Below the pieces are notes generated by a model. The model worked only from the letters and a program-made list of their open reading frames with translations. It was not told the origin of the DNA and made no database searches. From Pseudomonadota bacterium (GTDB lineage: Bacteria > Pseudomonadota > Gammaproteobacteria > Steroidobacterales > Steroidobacteraceae), in contig JAFEDR010000013.1 of assembly GCA_018241525.1 (NCBI GenBank), forward strand, positions 9,170 through 73,169: a stretch of DNA of 64,000 nt, read 5' to 3'. Below, in pieces: positions 27,601 through 34,539 of the stretch. The position numbers and the translations under genes are program-made. Numbering within the stretch: position 1 is the first letter of the stretch; each line of letters begins with the position of its first letter.

Positions 27601-30462
27601 CAGGTTCACGGGCTCGGCGAGCTTCACGCCCTGCCGTGCCTCCGCCATCTTCGAGGCTCCGGCAAGCGTGTGGCAGGCGCGGTGCAGCGCCTCGGTGACC
27701 GCGAACGGCGCGAAGCGCCCGTTGCAGGTCTCGAGATACTGGCGGATCGCCGCGATGTGGTTGCCCACCTCGCCGCGGTAGATGTCGACCAGCACCGGAT
27801 CCGAGCCGGCCGCCTCGAGGTCGGGCACGCCGACGTGGAACTCGCTGCCCGACGGTGGCGGCGGCGGCACCGCGGCGTGGCGCTCGGGCTTGCCCGCGGG
27901 CTCCTCGCTCTTGACGCGCACCCAGCGCGAGGGCACCTCCAGCATCGGCCCGCCGGCGGGCTTGCCGGCCGCCGGCGGCAGCGGCTCGGGCGCACCGGCA
28001 TCGGCGGCAAGCAGCACGGCGGTGGAGATCAGCGACGGCGGCTCGGCCTCCTCGAGCGCCGGCTTCGCCGCGAAGGCCGGCGGTGCCGGCGGCGGCGGCG
28101 CCGGCGCGGCCGCGGCGGGCGTCGGCGCGGGCTTCGGCGGCGGCGTGGCCGCCTTGGCAGGCGCGGCCGCGGCGCTCGCGGCGGCGGGTGCCGGCTTCTC
28201 GCCCGTGGCCGCTGCCTGCGCGGCCATCGACTGCTCGGGGTCGCGGCCCTCGGCATAGGCGTGCGCGCGCCCGATGATCAGGCCGATCTCGGCCGGCGGG
28301 GCGCGGCCGCTCTCGAGCTGCTCGATCAGCTGCGGCAGGGCCGCGACGCCCTCGCGCAGCATGACCAGCATGCCCGGCGTGCGAGACAGCGTGCCGCTGA
28401 TGATGCGGTTCAGCAGGTTCTCGAGCGCCCAGGCGAACTCGCCGATCTGGCGCGCGCCGACCATGCGGCCGCTGCCCTTCAGCGTGTGGAACGAGCGGCG
28501 GATGCGGGTCAGCGCATCGACGTCCAGCGGGTTCTGGTCCCACACCGGGAACAGCTGCTCGATGCGGCCGAGTTCCTCGCGGGCCTCCTCGATGAACAGC
28601 GCGAGCAGTTCCGGGTCGGGGGCCGGGTTCGCGGCCTGGGTCGCAGCCGCCGGCGTCAGTACCGCGGTGCGCGCCGGCAGGATGTCGGTGCCGACGGTCG
28701 CGGTGTCGGTCGGCGCGCGGCCCTCGAGCAGCAGCGTCGCGTCGTGCAGGCCGGTCTCGGCCGGCGCCGGCGGCGCCTCGCTCGCCGCGGCGTCCAGCGC
28801 CCGCAGGCAGGTCTCGGCGTTGTCGAGCATGTACCACGGATCGCTGCGTCCGCTCTGCAGCGTCTCCATGTAGTACTCGACCGAGACGATCGCGTCCGCG
28901 AGCCGGTCGAGCCGGCCCTGCAGCGCGGCGCCGGACGGGCCGAGCATCAGCTCGACGTGCCGGCCGATGCCCTCCAGGATCTCGACCGCGCGGCTGCGAC
29001 CGAGCATCAGCAGGCCGGCGGTGATGCCGCGCAGCAGCGCCGGCACCTGGTCGGCGCCGCTCGGCTCGTGCTTGGCGATCGCCGCGGCGATCGCCTCCTT
29101 GATGCGTGCGAGGTTGACGATGCACTCGCGCAGCACGGCGTTCTGCACGCGCACGAACTCGGCGTCGGGCTCGCCCTCCGGGTTCGCGCTGCGGTTCGGC
29201 ATGATGAGCCGCACCAGCTGGCCGTCGAGGTTGTCCTCGACGTTGATCAGCACCGCGGCGATGTCGACCAGCACGCCGTCGTCCGGCGCCTGCTTGCGGG
29301 CGACGATGTCCTTCAGGCGCTGGGTCTGCGCCTGGACCTTGCCGCGCAGGTCGCCGAGGCCGAGCACGCCGAGGGTGTCGCTGATCTTGCGCAGCATCTC
29401 GAGCTGCACGGCGAGCTCCTCGACCTGCGCGCCGCCCTTGCGGACGAAGATGTCGAGGACGTCCTTGACGCGCGACAGGTCCTCCTTGATCGCACCGGCC
29501 ACCGTCTCCATCAGCTTCACGGACGGCGCGGAGAGGTTCTCGCGCTCCTGCTCGATCTGCTCGGAGACCGGCAGCAGCTCCTGCAGCTTGAACGAGGCAC
29601 GCACCGCCGCGGTGCGCGGTCCGGTGCTGGTCGCGCGGGCGACGTAGTAGAGGAGGTTGTTCAGCAGGTCGAGCGCCGGGGCCTCGGCGTAGCGCGGCTC
29701 GCCGGTCTCGTACAGCTTCTTGAGCTCGCGGTCGGCCTGGCCGAGCAGCCGCTTGATCGTCGCGGTGCCCTCGAGGCCGCCCTCGCGCAGCGCCTCGAGC
29801 ACCGCGCCGACGACCCACCACAGCTGGAACACCGGCTGGCGGGTCGCGACCTGCTCGAGCCGTTCGGCGACCACCGACATGATCTCGAGGTGCTGCGCGG
29901 CACGCTCGCCGCGGATCCAGCCGAGCAGGCCCACCTGGTAGCGCGGCCGCAGCCGCCGCGCCCACTGCGCGACCGTCAGCGGCGGCTCGCCCGCCTTCTG
30001 CACCATCGGCTGCGGCTGACGGTCGGAGGTGAGGTTGAGCAGCAGCAGCGTGCCCTCGGACAGCAGCGCGTGGCCGCGCACCGCCCGCAGGTCGTTCAAG
30101 AGCGGCAGCAGCACCAGCGCGAGGTCGCGCCCGCCGCCGAGCACGCGCTCGAGGTAGGCCGGCAGCTGCACCATCGCGCGCATCAGCGCGTCGAGACTCT
30201 CCGGCTGGTTGCGGTTCTCGACCGCGCTCTCGAGCAGGTAGCGCGCGACCTGCTCCATCTCCTCGGCGAGCAGCGCCGCGCCATAGACCTCGACCAGCCG
30301 CAGCACGCCGTGCACCTCGTGCAGGCGCGCGGCGCAGGTCTCGAGGAGCGCACGGTCGTCGGGATGCTCGGCGAAGCTCTCGATGGCGCTGCGCGCCTCG
30401 CCGAGCGTGGCAGCCAGCTCCTTCGAGACGACGTGAAGCGTCTGTTCGGCGACCTCGGTCAT
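24688..30462 (-). CDS. chpA: ChpA/PilL hybrid histidine kinase of the Pil-Chp chemosensory system
   Basis: 1924-aa ORF with at least three canonical Hpt motifs: FHTLKGSGRMVGA, CHTLAGASKMAEA and LHTLKGGARMAGV. Ala/Pro-rich linkers precede an HATPase_c domain (VVHGIE...DDGGGM...GRGVGMDVV). A CheW-like domain and a C-terminal receiver (VVDDS...LLDIEMPRMDG...GKP) follow. Confidence 0.92.
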   Translation of the reverse strand: MTEVAEQTLHVVSKELAATLGEARSAIESFAEHPDDRALLETCAARLHEVHGVLRLVEVYGAALLAEEMEQVARYLLESAVENRNQPESLDALMRAMVQLPAYLERVLGGGRDLALVLLPLLNDLRAVRGHALLSEGTLLLLNLTSDRQPQPMVQKAGEPPLTVAQWARRLRPRYQVGLLGWIRGERAAQHLEIMSVVAERLEQVATRQPVFQLWWVVGAVLEALREGGLEGTATIKRLLGQADRELKKLYETGEPRYAEAPALDLLNNLLYYVARATSTGPRTAAVRASFKLQELLPVSEQIEQERENLSAPSVKLMETVAGAIKEDLSRVKDVLDIFVRKGGAQVEELAVQLEMLRKISDTLGVLGLGDLRGKVQAQTQRLKDIVARKQAPDDGVLVDIAAVLINVEDNLDGQLVRLIMPNRSANPEGEPDAEFVRVQNAVLRECIVNLARIKEAIAAAIAKHEPSGADQVPALLRGITAGLLMLGRSRAVEILEGIGRHVELMLGPSGAALQGRLDRLADAIVSVEYYMETLQSGRSDPWYMLDNAETCLRALDAAASEAPPAPAETGLHDATLLLEGRAPTDTATVGTDILPARTAVLTPAAATQAANPAPDPELLALFIEEAREELGRIEQLFPVWDQNPLDVDALTRIRRSFHTLKGSGRMVGARQIGEFAWALENLLNRIISGTLSRTPGMLVMLREGVAALPQLIEQLESGRAPPAEIGLIIGRAHAYAEGRDPEQSMAAQAAATGEKPAPAAASAAAAPAKAATPPPKPAPTPAAAAPAPPPPAPPAFAAKPALEEAEPPSLISTAVLLAADAGAPEPLPPAAGKPAGGPMLEVPSRWVRVKSEEPAGKPERHAAVPPPPPSGSEFHVGVPDLEAAGSDPVLVDIYRGEVGNHIAAIRQYLETCNGRFAPFAVTEALHRACHTLAGASKMAEARQGVKLAEPVNLYIRKLYDHGLGLPEAGRRVLADVVAAMDEVAANFDEPTAFFRTHADILARLQWLEADANREIAARGLKPASEGGDTSLTPGLGEDLLTTDAMLADSMTLVPAPARAAAPSPAAPAAPAAPGARAGGEEFDAEIAVIFSEEATELLEVAERAFAAFRADARDGAKVTELKRVLHTLKGGARMAGVMAMGDLAHEVESLLTQTESAGTSAEPRTIDVLQASLDELNRMRDTVSSGRPVGPARELVARLQALGRGVAEPPVLKSPAAEQPLPQPSQAAPVVPPAVASAAPPVVTDIAAAPRVPSAPPAPPVPPVAAPAPAPAPERVPAATEAFSAPVASGAAEPPSQHPLEESRSFLLPPGREAGGREERQELARVDAELLDSLLNSAGEVSIHRARLEQQLSSVEFNLAELSRVVQRLRDQLRKLEIETEAQIMHRHEDDRRRDDFDPLEMDQYSSLQQYSRALLESTSDVASLQGLLESQAREAQNLLMQQARIVTDLQNGLMRTRMVPFQRHVPRLTRTVRQVAAETGKKVDLQVAGATGELDRQVLDRMLPPFEHMLRNAVVHGIETPAERVQRGKPEQGRIEVVLKREGAEVVIVVQDDGGGMNLRAIRDKAIALGIIEPKQALSDQEAMQLILEPGFSTAASVTHAAGRGVGMDVVATEIKRLGGALQMDTTPGQGTRFTIRLPFTLAVSQALIVRTGDEFYALPLPTVESVVRLPKSEVGRYLADGAPSFEYGGQRYRFQHLGSFVGGPHATLPENDVPVPVVLVRAGDSSTALVTDELVGSREIVVKSVGPQISGIRGIAGATILGDGRIVIILDMGTLVRGDWRARAPAESARERGDRRTFALVVDDSITVRRVTQRLLERNGMRVMTAKDGVDALAILEENVPDVILLDIEMPRMDGYEVAAHVRGNERLKDVPIVMITSRVGEKHRARAIELGVNDYLGKPYQENQLLDAIEPLVARRREAV

Positions 30463-30465
30463 CGA

Positions 30466-31854
30466 TCAGGCCTTGGCCGCGCTGGCCTTGCGGGCCGGGC
30501 TCGGCGCCGGCGGCGGCCCGGCCGGCCGGCCGGCCTCGTCGCCCTTCAGCGGCTGGACCTTCGGCGCCTTGGCGGCGGCGGCCGCGGGCGGCGCCGGCGG
30601 TGCCTTGCGCTCCGGCAGGCGGAAGCCGGCGACCGACTTGCGCAGCTGCGCGGACAGGTCCGCCAGCTTGCCGATCGACTGCGACATGCCGGTCGTACCC
30701 TCGGCGGTCTGGGTGCTGATCTCGCGCAGCACCTGCATGCTGCGGGAGATCGTCGCCGACACCGCCGCCTGCTGGCGGGCGCTCGCCGAGATGTTCTGCA
30801 TCAGGCTCGCGATCTGGTTCGAAACCTGCTCGATCTCCTCGAGCGCGGCGCCCGCGTTCTCGGCGAGCAGCGCCCCGCCGACGACGTCGGTGGTGCTGCG
30901 CTCCATCGACACGACCGCCTCGTTGGTGTCGGCCTGGATGGTGCGCACCAGCACCTCGATCTGCTTGGTGGCATTCGCCGCGCGCTCGGCGAGCCGCTGC
31001 ACCTCGTCGGCGACCACCGCGAAGCCGCGGCCGGCCTCGCCGGCCATCGACGCCTGGATCGAGGCGTTCAGCGCCAGGATGTTGGTCTGCTCGGCGATGT
31101 CGTTGATCAGCTCGACGATGTTGCCGATCTCCTGCGAGCTCTCGCCGAGCCGCTTGATCCGCTTCGAGGTCTCCTGGATCGTCTCGCGGATCGCGTTCAT
31201 GCCGTCGATCGTGCGGCGCACCGCGTCGCCGCCCTTGTGGGCGACGTCGACCGAGTGGCGCGCGACGTCGGCACAGCGCTCGGCGTTGCCGGACACCTCC
31301 TCGATCGAGGCGGCCATCTCGGCGACCGACTCGGTGGCGGCGGCGACCTGCTTCGACTGGCCGGCGCTCGCCTTGGCGAGGTGCGCGGCGGCCGCCTGCG
31401 TGGACTTGGCGGCGGCGTCGAGCGAGATCGCCGAGGCATTGATCGTGGTCACGAGCTCGCGCAGCGCCTCGATCGCGTAGTTGATCGAGTCGGCGATCGC
31501 GCCGGTGACGTCCTCGGTGACGGTCGCCTGCACGGTCAGGTCGCCGTCGGCGAGGCTCGACAGCTCATCGAGCAGGCGCAGGATCGCCTCCTCGTTGCGT
31601 TCGTTCTTCTTGGCGGCCTGGGTCGCCACCAGCCGCAGGTTGGTCGCCTGGGCATTGCCGGAGAAGGCGAGCGCGAGCGCACCGGCCGCAGCGGCCAGCA
31701 GCGCGAGCGCGGCCCAGGTCGGCGCACTGCCGGGAACGACGCCGAGGAGCCCGAGCAGCAGCGCGACGGCGGCGAGCGCCAGCGCACCGAGCGCGATCCT
31801 CAGGACCTTCGGCAGCCGCGAGGCGGCAGCGTCATTTTCGACGGAAGAATTCAT
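30466..31854 (-). CDS. pilJ: PilJ-type methyl-accepting chemotaxis protein lacking a periplasmic sensor domain
   Basis: 462-aa ORF. Two TM helices are separated by only about 7 residues (…LLGLLGVVPGSAPTWAALALL…). A HAMP-like EEAILRLLDELSSLADGDLTVQATVTEDVTGAIADSINYAIEALRELV segment follows. The MCP signalling hairpin IAEQTNILALNASIQASMAGEAGRGFAVVADEVQRLAE and a Pro/Ala/Lys-rich tail complete the protein. Confidence 0.88.
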   Translation of the reverse strand: MNSSVENDAAASRLPKVLRIALGALALAAVALLLGLLGVVPGSAPTWAALALLAAAAGALALAFSGNAQATNLRLVATQAAKKNERNEEAILRLLDELSSLADGDLTVQATVTEDVTGAIADSINYAIEALRELVTTINASAISLDAAAKSTQAAAAHLAKASAGQSKQVAAATESVAEMAASIEEVSGNAERCADVARHSVDVAHKGGDAVRRTIDGMNAIRETIQETSKRIKRLGESSQEIGNIVELINDIAEQTNILALNASIQASMAGEAGRGFAVVADEVQRLAERAANATKQIEVLVRTIQADTNEAVVSMERSTTDVVGGALLAENAGAALEEIEQVSNQIASLMQNISASARQQAAVSATISRSMQVLREISTQTAEGTTGMSQSIGKLADLSAQLRKSVAGFRLPERKAPPAPPAAAAAKAPKVQPLKGDEAGRPAGPPPAPSPARKASAAKA

Positions 31855-31900
31855 CGCTCCACTCTCCGGCGCGTCCAGCGCCTCGCGCCGCGGCGGCGCC

Positions 31901-32470
31901 TCAGGACGCCGCCTGCAGGAAACTCGGGTTCTCGACCAGCAGCTTCAGGCTCAACACCGGCCAGGCCTCGCCGCCGCGCCGGAACGCGCCGGCGAGGTAT
32001 CGCTCGCAGCGCACCAGCGTCGGCGGCGGGGTCGGCACGAACTCGGCATCCGCAAAGCGCCGGAAGCCGAGCACCTCGTCGACTATCAGCCCGGCCGGGA
32101 TGTCGCGGTGGTTGACCACCAGCACCCGCACGTTGCGTCCCGGCTGGGTCGCGCCGCTGCCGAGGTACTGGCGCAGGTCGATCACCGACATCAGCTGGCC
32201 GCGCACGTTGGCAAGGCCGCGCACCCAGCTGCGCGCGCCCGGCACGCGGGTCATGCCGGTCGGCATCGCCATGACCTCGCGGGTCTCCTCGCGCGCGACC
32301 AGGAAGCTCTCGGGGCCGAGCCGGAACGCGACCCCGACCCACTCGCGGCCCTCGGCGGAGTCGCGACCGCCGGCGACCGCGCGGCCGCGTCGCTCCAGCT
32401 CGCGCAGCAGCTCGAAGGGGCGGTCGCGTAGCTCGCGCAGGCTCGCCGGCTGCGGCATCGCGGTACTCAC
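31901..32470 (-). CDS. pilI: CheW-like coupling protein PilI
   Basis: 189-aa ORF from GTG 32470 (GTGA overlap with the pilH stop). It has a CheW-like domain (GVAFRLGPESFLVAREETREV...VRGLANVRGQLMSVIDL...VLVVNH) and lies between pilH and pilJ. Confidence 0.85.
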   Translation of the reverse strand: MSTAMPQPASLRELRDRPFELLRELERRGRAVAGGRDSAEGREWVGVAFRLGPESFLVAREETREVMAMPTGMTRVPGARSWVRGLANVRGQLMSVIDLRQYLGSGATQPGRNVRVLVVNHRDIPAGLIVDEVLGFRRFADAEFVPTPPPTLVRCERYLAGAFRRGGEAWPVLSLKLLVENPSFLQAAS

Positions 32471-32832
32471 CCGGCCAGCGCCGCCTGCGCCTTCTCGACC
32501 AGCTTCTCGGCCGAGACCGGCTTCACGAGGTAGTCGATTGCGCCCTGGCGCATGCCCCAGATGCGATCCGTCTCCTGCGACTTGCTGGTGACCATGATGA
32601 CCGGGATGCGCTTGGTCTCCGGGTCGTTGGCGAGCGTGCGCGTCGCCTGGAAGCCGTTGACCCCGGGCATCACGATGTCCATGAAGATGAGGTCCGGCTT
32701 CATCGTCTTCGCGAGCCGGATGCCCTCGGCGCCGTCGGCGGCCGCGGCGGTCTGGTAGCCGTGCTTCTCGAGGGCCTTGCGGATGACGTGGACCTCGGTC
32801 GGCGAGTCGTCGACGATCAAGATCAGTGCCAT
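32467..32832 (-). CDS. pilH: Single-domain response regulator PilH
   Basis: 121 codons from ATG 32832 (MALILIVDDSPTEVHVIRKALEKHGY...DLIFMDIVMPGVNG...VTSK...YLVKP), a CheY-like receiver. The upstream part of ORF 32467..33348 is a shadow of pilG. Confidence 0.9.
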   Translation of the reverse strand: MALILIVDDSPTEVHVIRKALEKHGYQTAAAADGAEGIRLAKTMKPDLIFMDIVMPGVNGFQATRTLANDPETKRIPVIMVTSKSQETDRIWGMRQGAIDYLVKPVSAEKLVEKAQAALAG

Positions 32833-32843
32833 GGCCTTCCCCG

Positions 32844-33269
32844 TCAGGACGCGGCCGATTGGGCCGGGCTGACGTGCTGCTCGATGGCCGAGAGCAGCTC
32901 GTCGCGCGTGAAGGGCTTCGTCAGGTAGTGCTCGGAGCCGACGATCCGGCCGCGGGCACGGTCGAACAGGCCATCCTTGGACGACAGCATGATCACCGGG
33001 ATCGACTTGAAGACCTTGTTGTGCTTGATCAGCGAGCAGGTCTGATAGCCGTCGAGCCGCGGCATCATGATGTCGACGAACACGATGTCGGGCTGGTGGT
33101 CGGCGATCTTCGACAGCGCGTCGAAGCCGTCGACCGCGGTGTAGACCTCGCAGCCTTCCTTGGACAGCAGCGTCTCGGCCGTGCGCCGGATCGTCTTGCT
33201 GTCGTCGATGACCAGCACCTTGAGCCCGGAGAGCCGGGTTTTGGGAGCCGCTTGCGCTGCGTTTTCCAT
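32844..33269 (-). CDS. pilG: Single-domain response regulator PilG
   Basis: ORF 32844..33365 trimmed to ATG 33269 (MENAAQAAPKTRLSGLKVLVIDDSKTIRRTAETLL...DIVFVDIMMPRLDGYQ...LSSKDG...YLTKPF), which is the typical PilG sequence. Confidence 0.9.
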   Translation of the reverse strand: MENAAQAAPKTRLSGLKVLVIDDSKTIRRTAETLLSKEGCEVYTAVDGFDALSKIADHQPDIVFVDIMMPRLDGYQTCSLIKHNKVFKSIPVIMLSSKDGLFDRARGRIVGSEHYLTKPFTRDELLSAIEQHVSPAQSAAS

Positions 33270-33567
33270 CACTTGCACCTGAGTCCGGACCCGCCCGGCG
33301 GTCTGCGCGCGCGGCCCGTCCGCGCCCCCGCCAGCCGGGTTCGAACATCCGGCGGGTTTTAACATATCAAGCCGGAGATGGTCACGTCAGCGCGCCGACG
33401 CAGTTCACAGTTCGCGGCACGCTCCGCCGGCGGTCTCCACGCCACCCCGCCGGTGCTGTCACGGTGCAGGTGTACTATGGCGTGGCACCCCTGCGAGGGT
33501 GATCCAGATCACAAATACGCGCTCCGGCCGCCCCGGGCGGCCTGGCCGTGCCTTCGGAGATCGTCGC

Positions 33568-34536
33568 ATGCCCGCTCCGGTCCGCCTTGGCGTCGTGATG
33601 GACCCGATCGGGGACATTAAGCCGGCCAAGGACACCACCCTCGGGATGCTGCTGGCCGCCCAGGCGAGGGGCTGGGAGCTCCACTACGCCGAGCAGCGCC
33701 ACCTGTGGCTGCGCGACGGCGTCGCGATGGGCCGGCTGGCGCCGCTCAGCGTCCGCCTCGACCTCGCCGACTGGGCGACGCTCGGCGCGCCGCAGGACCG
33801 GCCGCTCGGCGAGCTGGACGTGATCCTGATGCGCAAGGATCCGCCCTTCGACACCGAGTACATCTATACGACGTACATCCTCGAGCGCGCCGAGGCGGCC
33901 GGCAGCCTGGTCGTGAACCGGCCGCAGGGCCTGCGGGACATGAACGAGAAGGTCTACACGGCCTGGTTCCCGCAGTGCTGTGCGCCGACCCTGATCACGC
34001 GCGACATGGACGACATGCACGCCTTCCTGCGCGAGCACGGCAAGGCCGTCTGCAAGCCGCTCTACGGCATGGGGGGCCGCTCGATCTTCGTGATCGACCG
34101 CGGCGACAAGAACGCGAGCGTCGTGTTCGAGACCCTGACCGACTACGGCAGCCGCTACGCGATCGTGCAGCGCTACCTGCCCGAGATCGTCACCACCGGC
34201 GACTCGCGCGTGATTCTGGTGGACGGCGAGCCGGTGCCCTACGCGCTCGCCCGCATCCCGACCGCCGCGGACAATCGCGGCAACCTCGCCGCCGGCGCCA
34301 AGGGGGTCGGCCGGCCGCTGAACGACCGCGACCGCTGGCTGGCGGGCCAGATCGGCCCGGTGCTGCGCGAGCACGGCATGCTGTTCGTCGGCCTCGACGT
34401 GATCGGCGGCTTCGTGACCGAGATCAACGTCACCAGCCCGACCGGCATCCGCGAGCTGGCCAAGGAGTTCCAGGTCGACATCGCCGCGCAGCTGATGGAC
34501 GCGATCGAGCGGCGGCTCACGGCGCGCCGGGGCTGA
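33568..34536 (+). CDS. gshB: Glutathione synthetase
   Basis: ORF 33499..34536 trimmed to ATG 33568. Motifs are LGVVMDPIGDIKPAKDTT, VVNRPQGLRDMNEK, GDSRVILVDGEP and EINVTSPTG. It is divergent from pilG, as in Pseudomonas. Confidence 0.93.
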   Translation: MPAPVRLGVVMDPIGDIKPAKDTTLGMLLAAQARGWELHYAEQRHLWLRDGVAMGRLAPLSVRLDLADWATLGAPQDRPLGELDVILMRKDPPFDTEYIYTTYILERAEAAGSLVVNRPQGLRDMNEKVYTAWFPQCCAPTLITRDMDDMHAFLREHGKAVCKPLYGMGGRSIFVIDRGDKNASVVFETLTDYGSRYAIVQRYLPEIVTTGDSRVILVDGEPVPYALARIPTAADNRGNLAAGAKGVGRPLNDRDRWLAGQIGPVLREHGMLFVGLDVIGGFVTEINVTSPTGIRELAKEFQVDIAAQLMDAIERRLTARRG

Positions 34537-34539
34537 ACG

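Noticed and set aside
26500-28300. Repetitive GC-rich DNA inside chpA (runs of GCC/GCG/CCG) as a possible tandem repeat or VNTR
   Set aside because: It corresponds to Ala/Pro-rich inter-domain linkers of ChpA. It is low-complexity coding sequence without a clean repeat unit.
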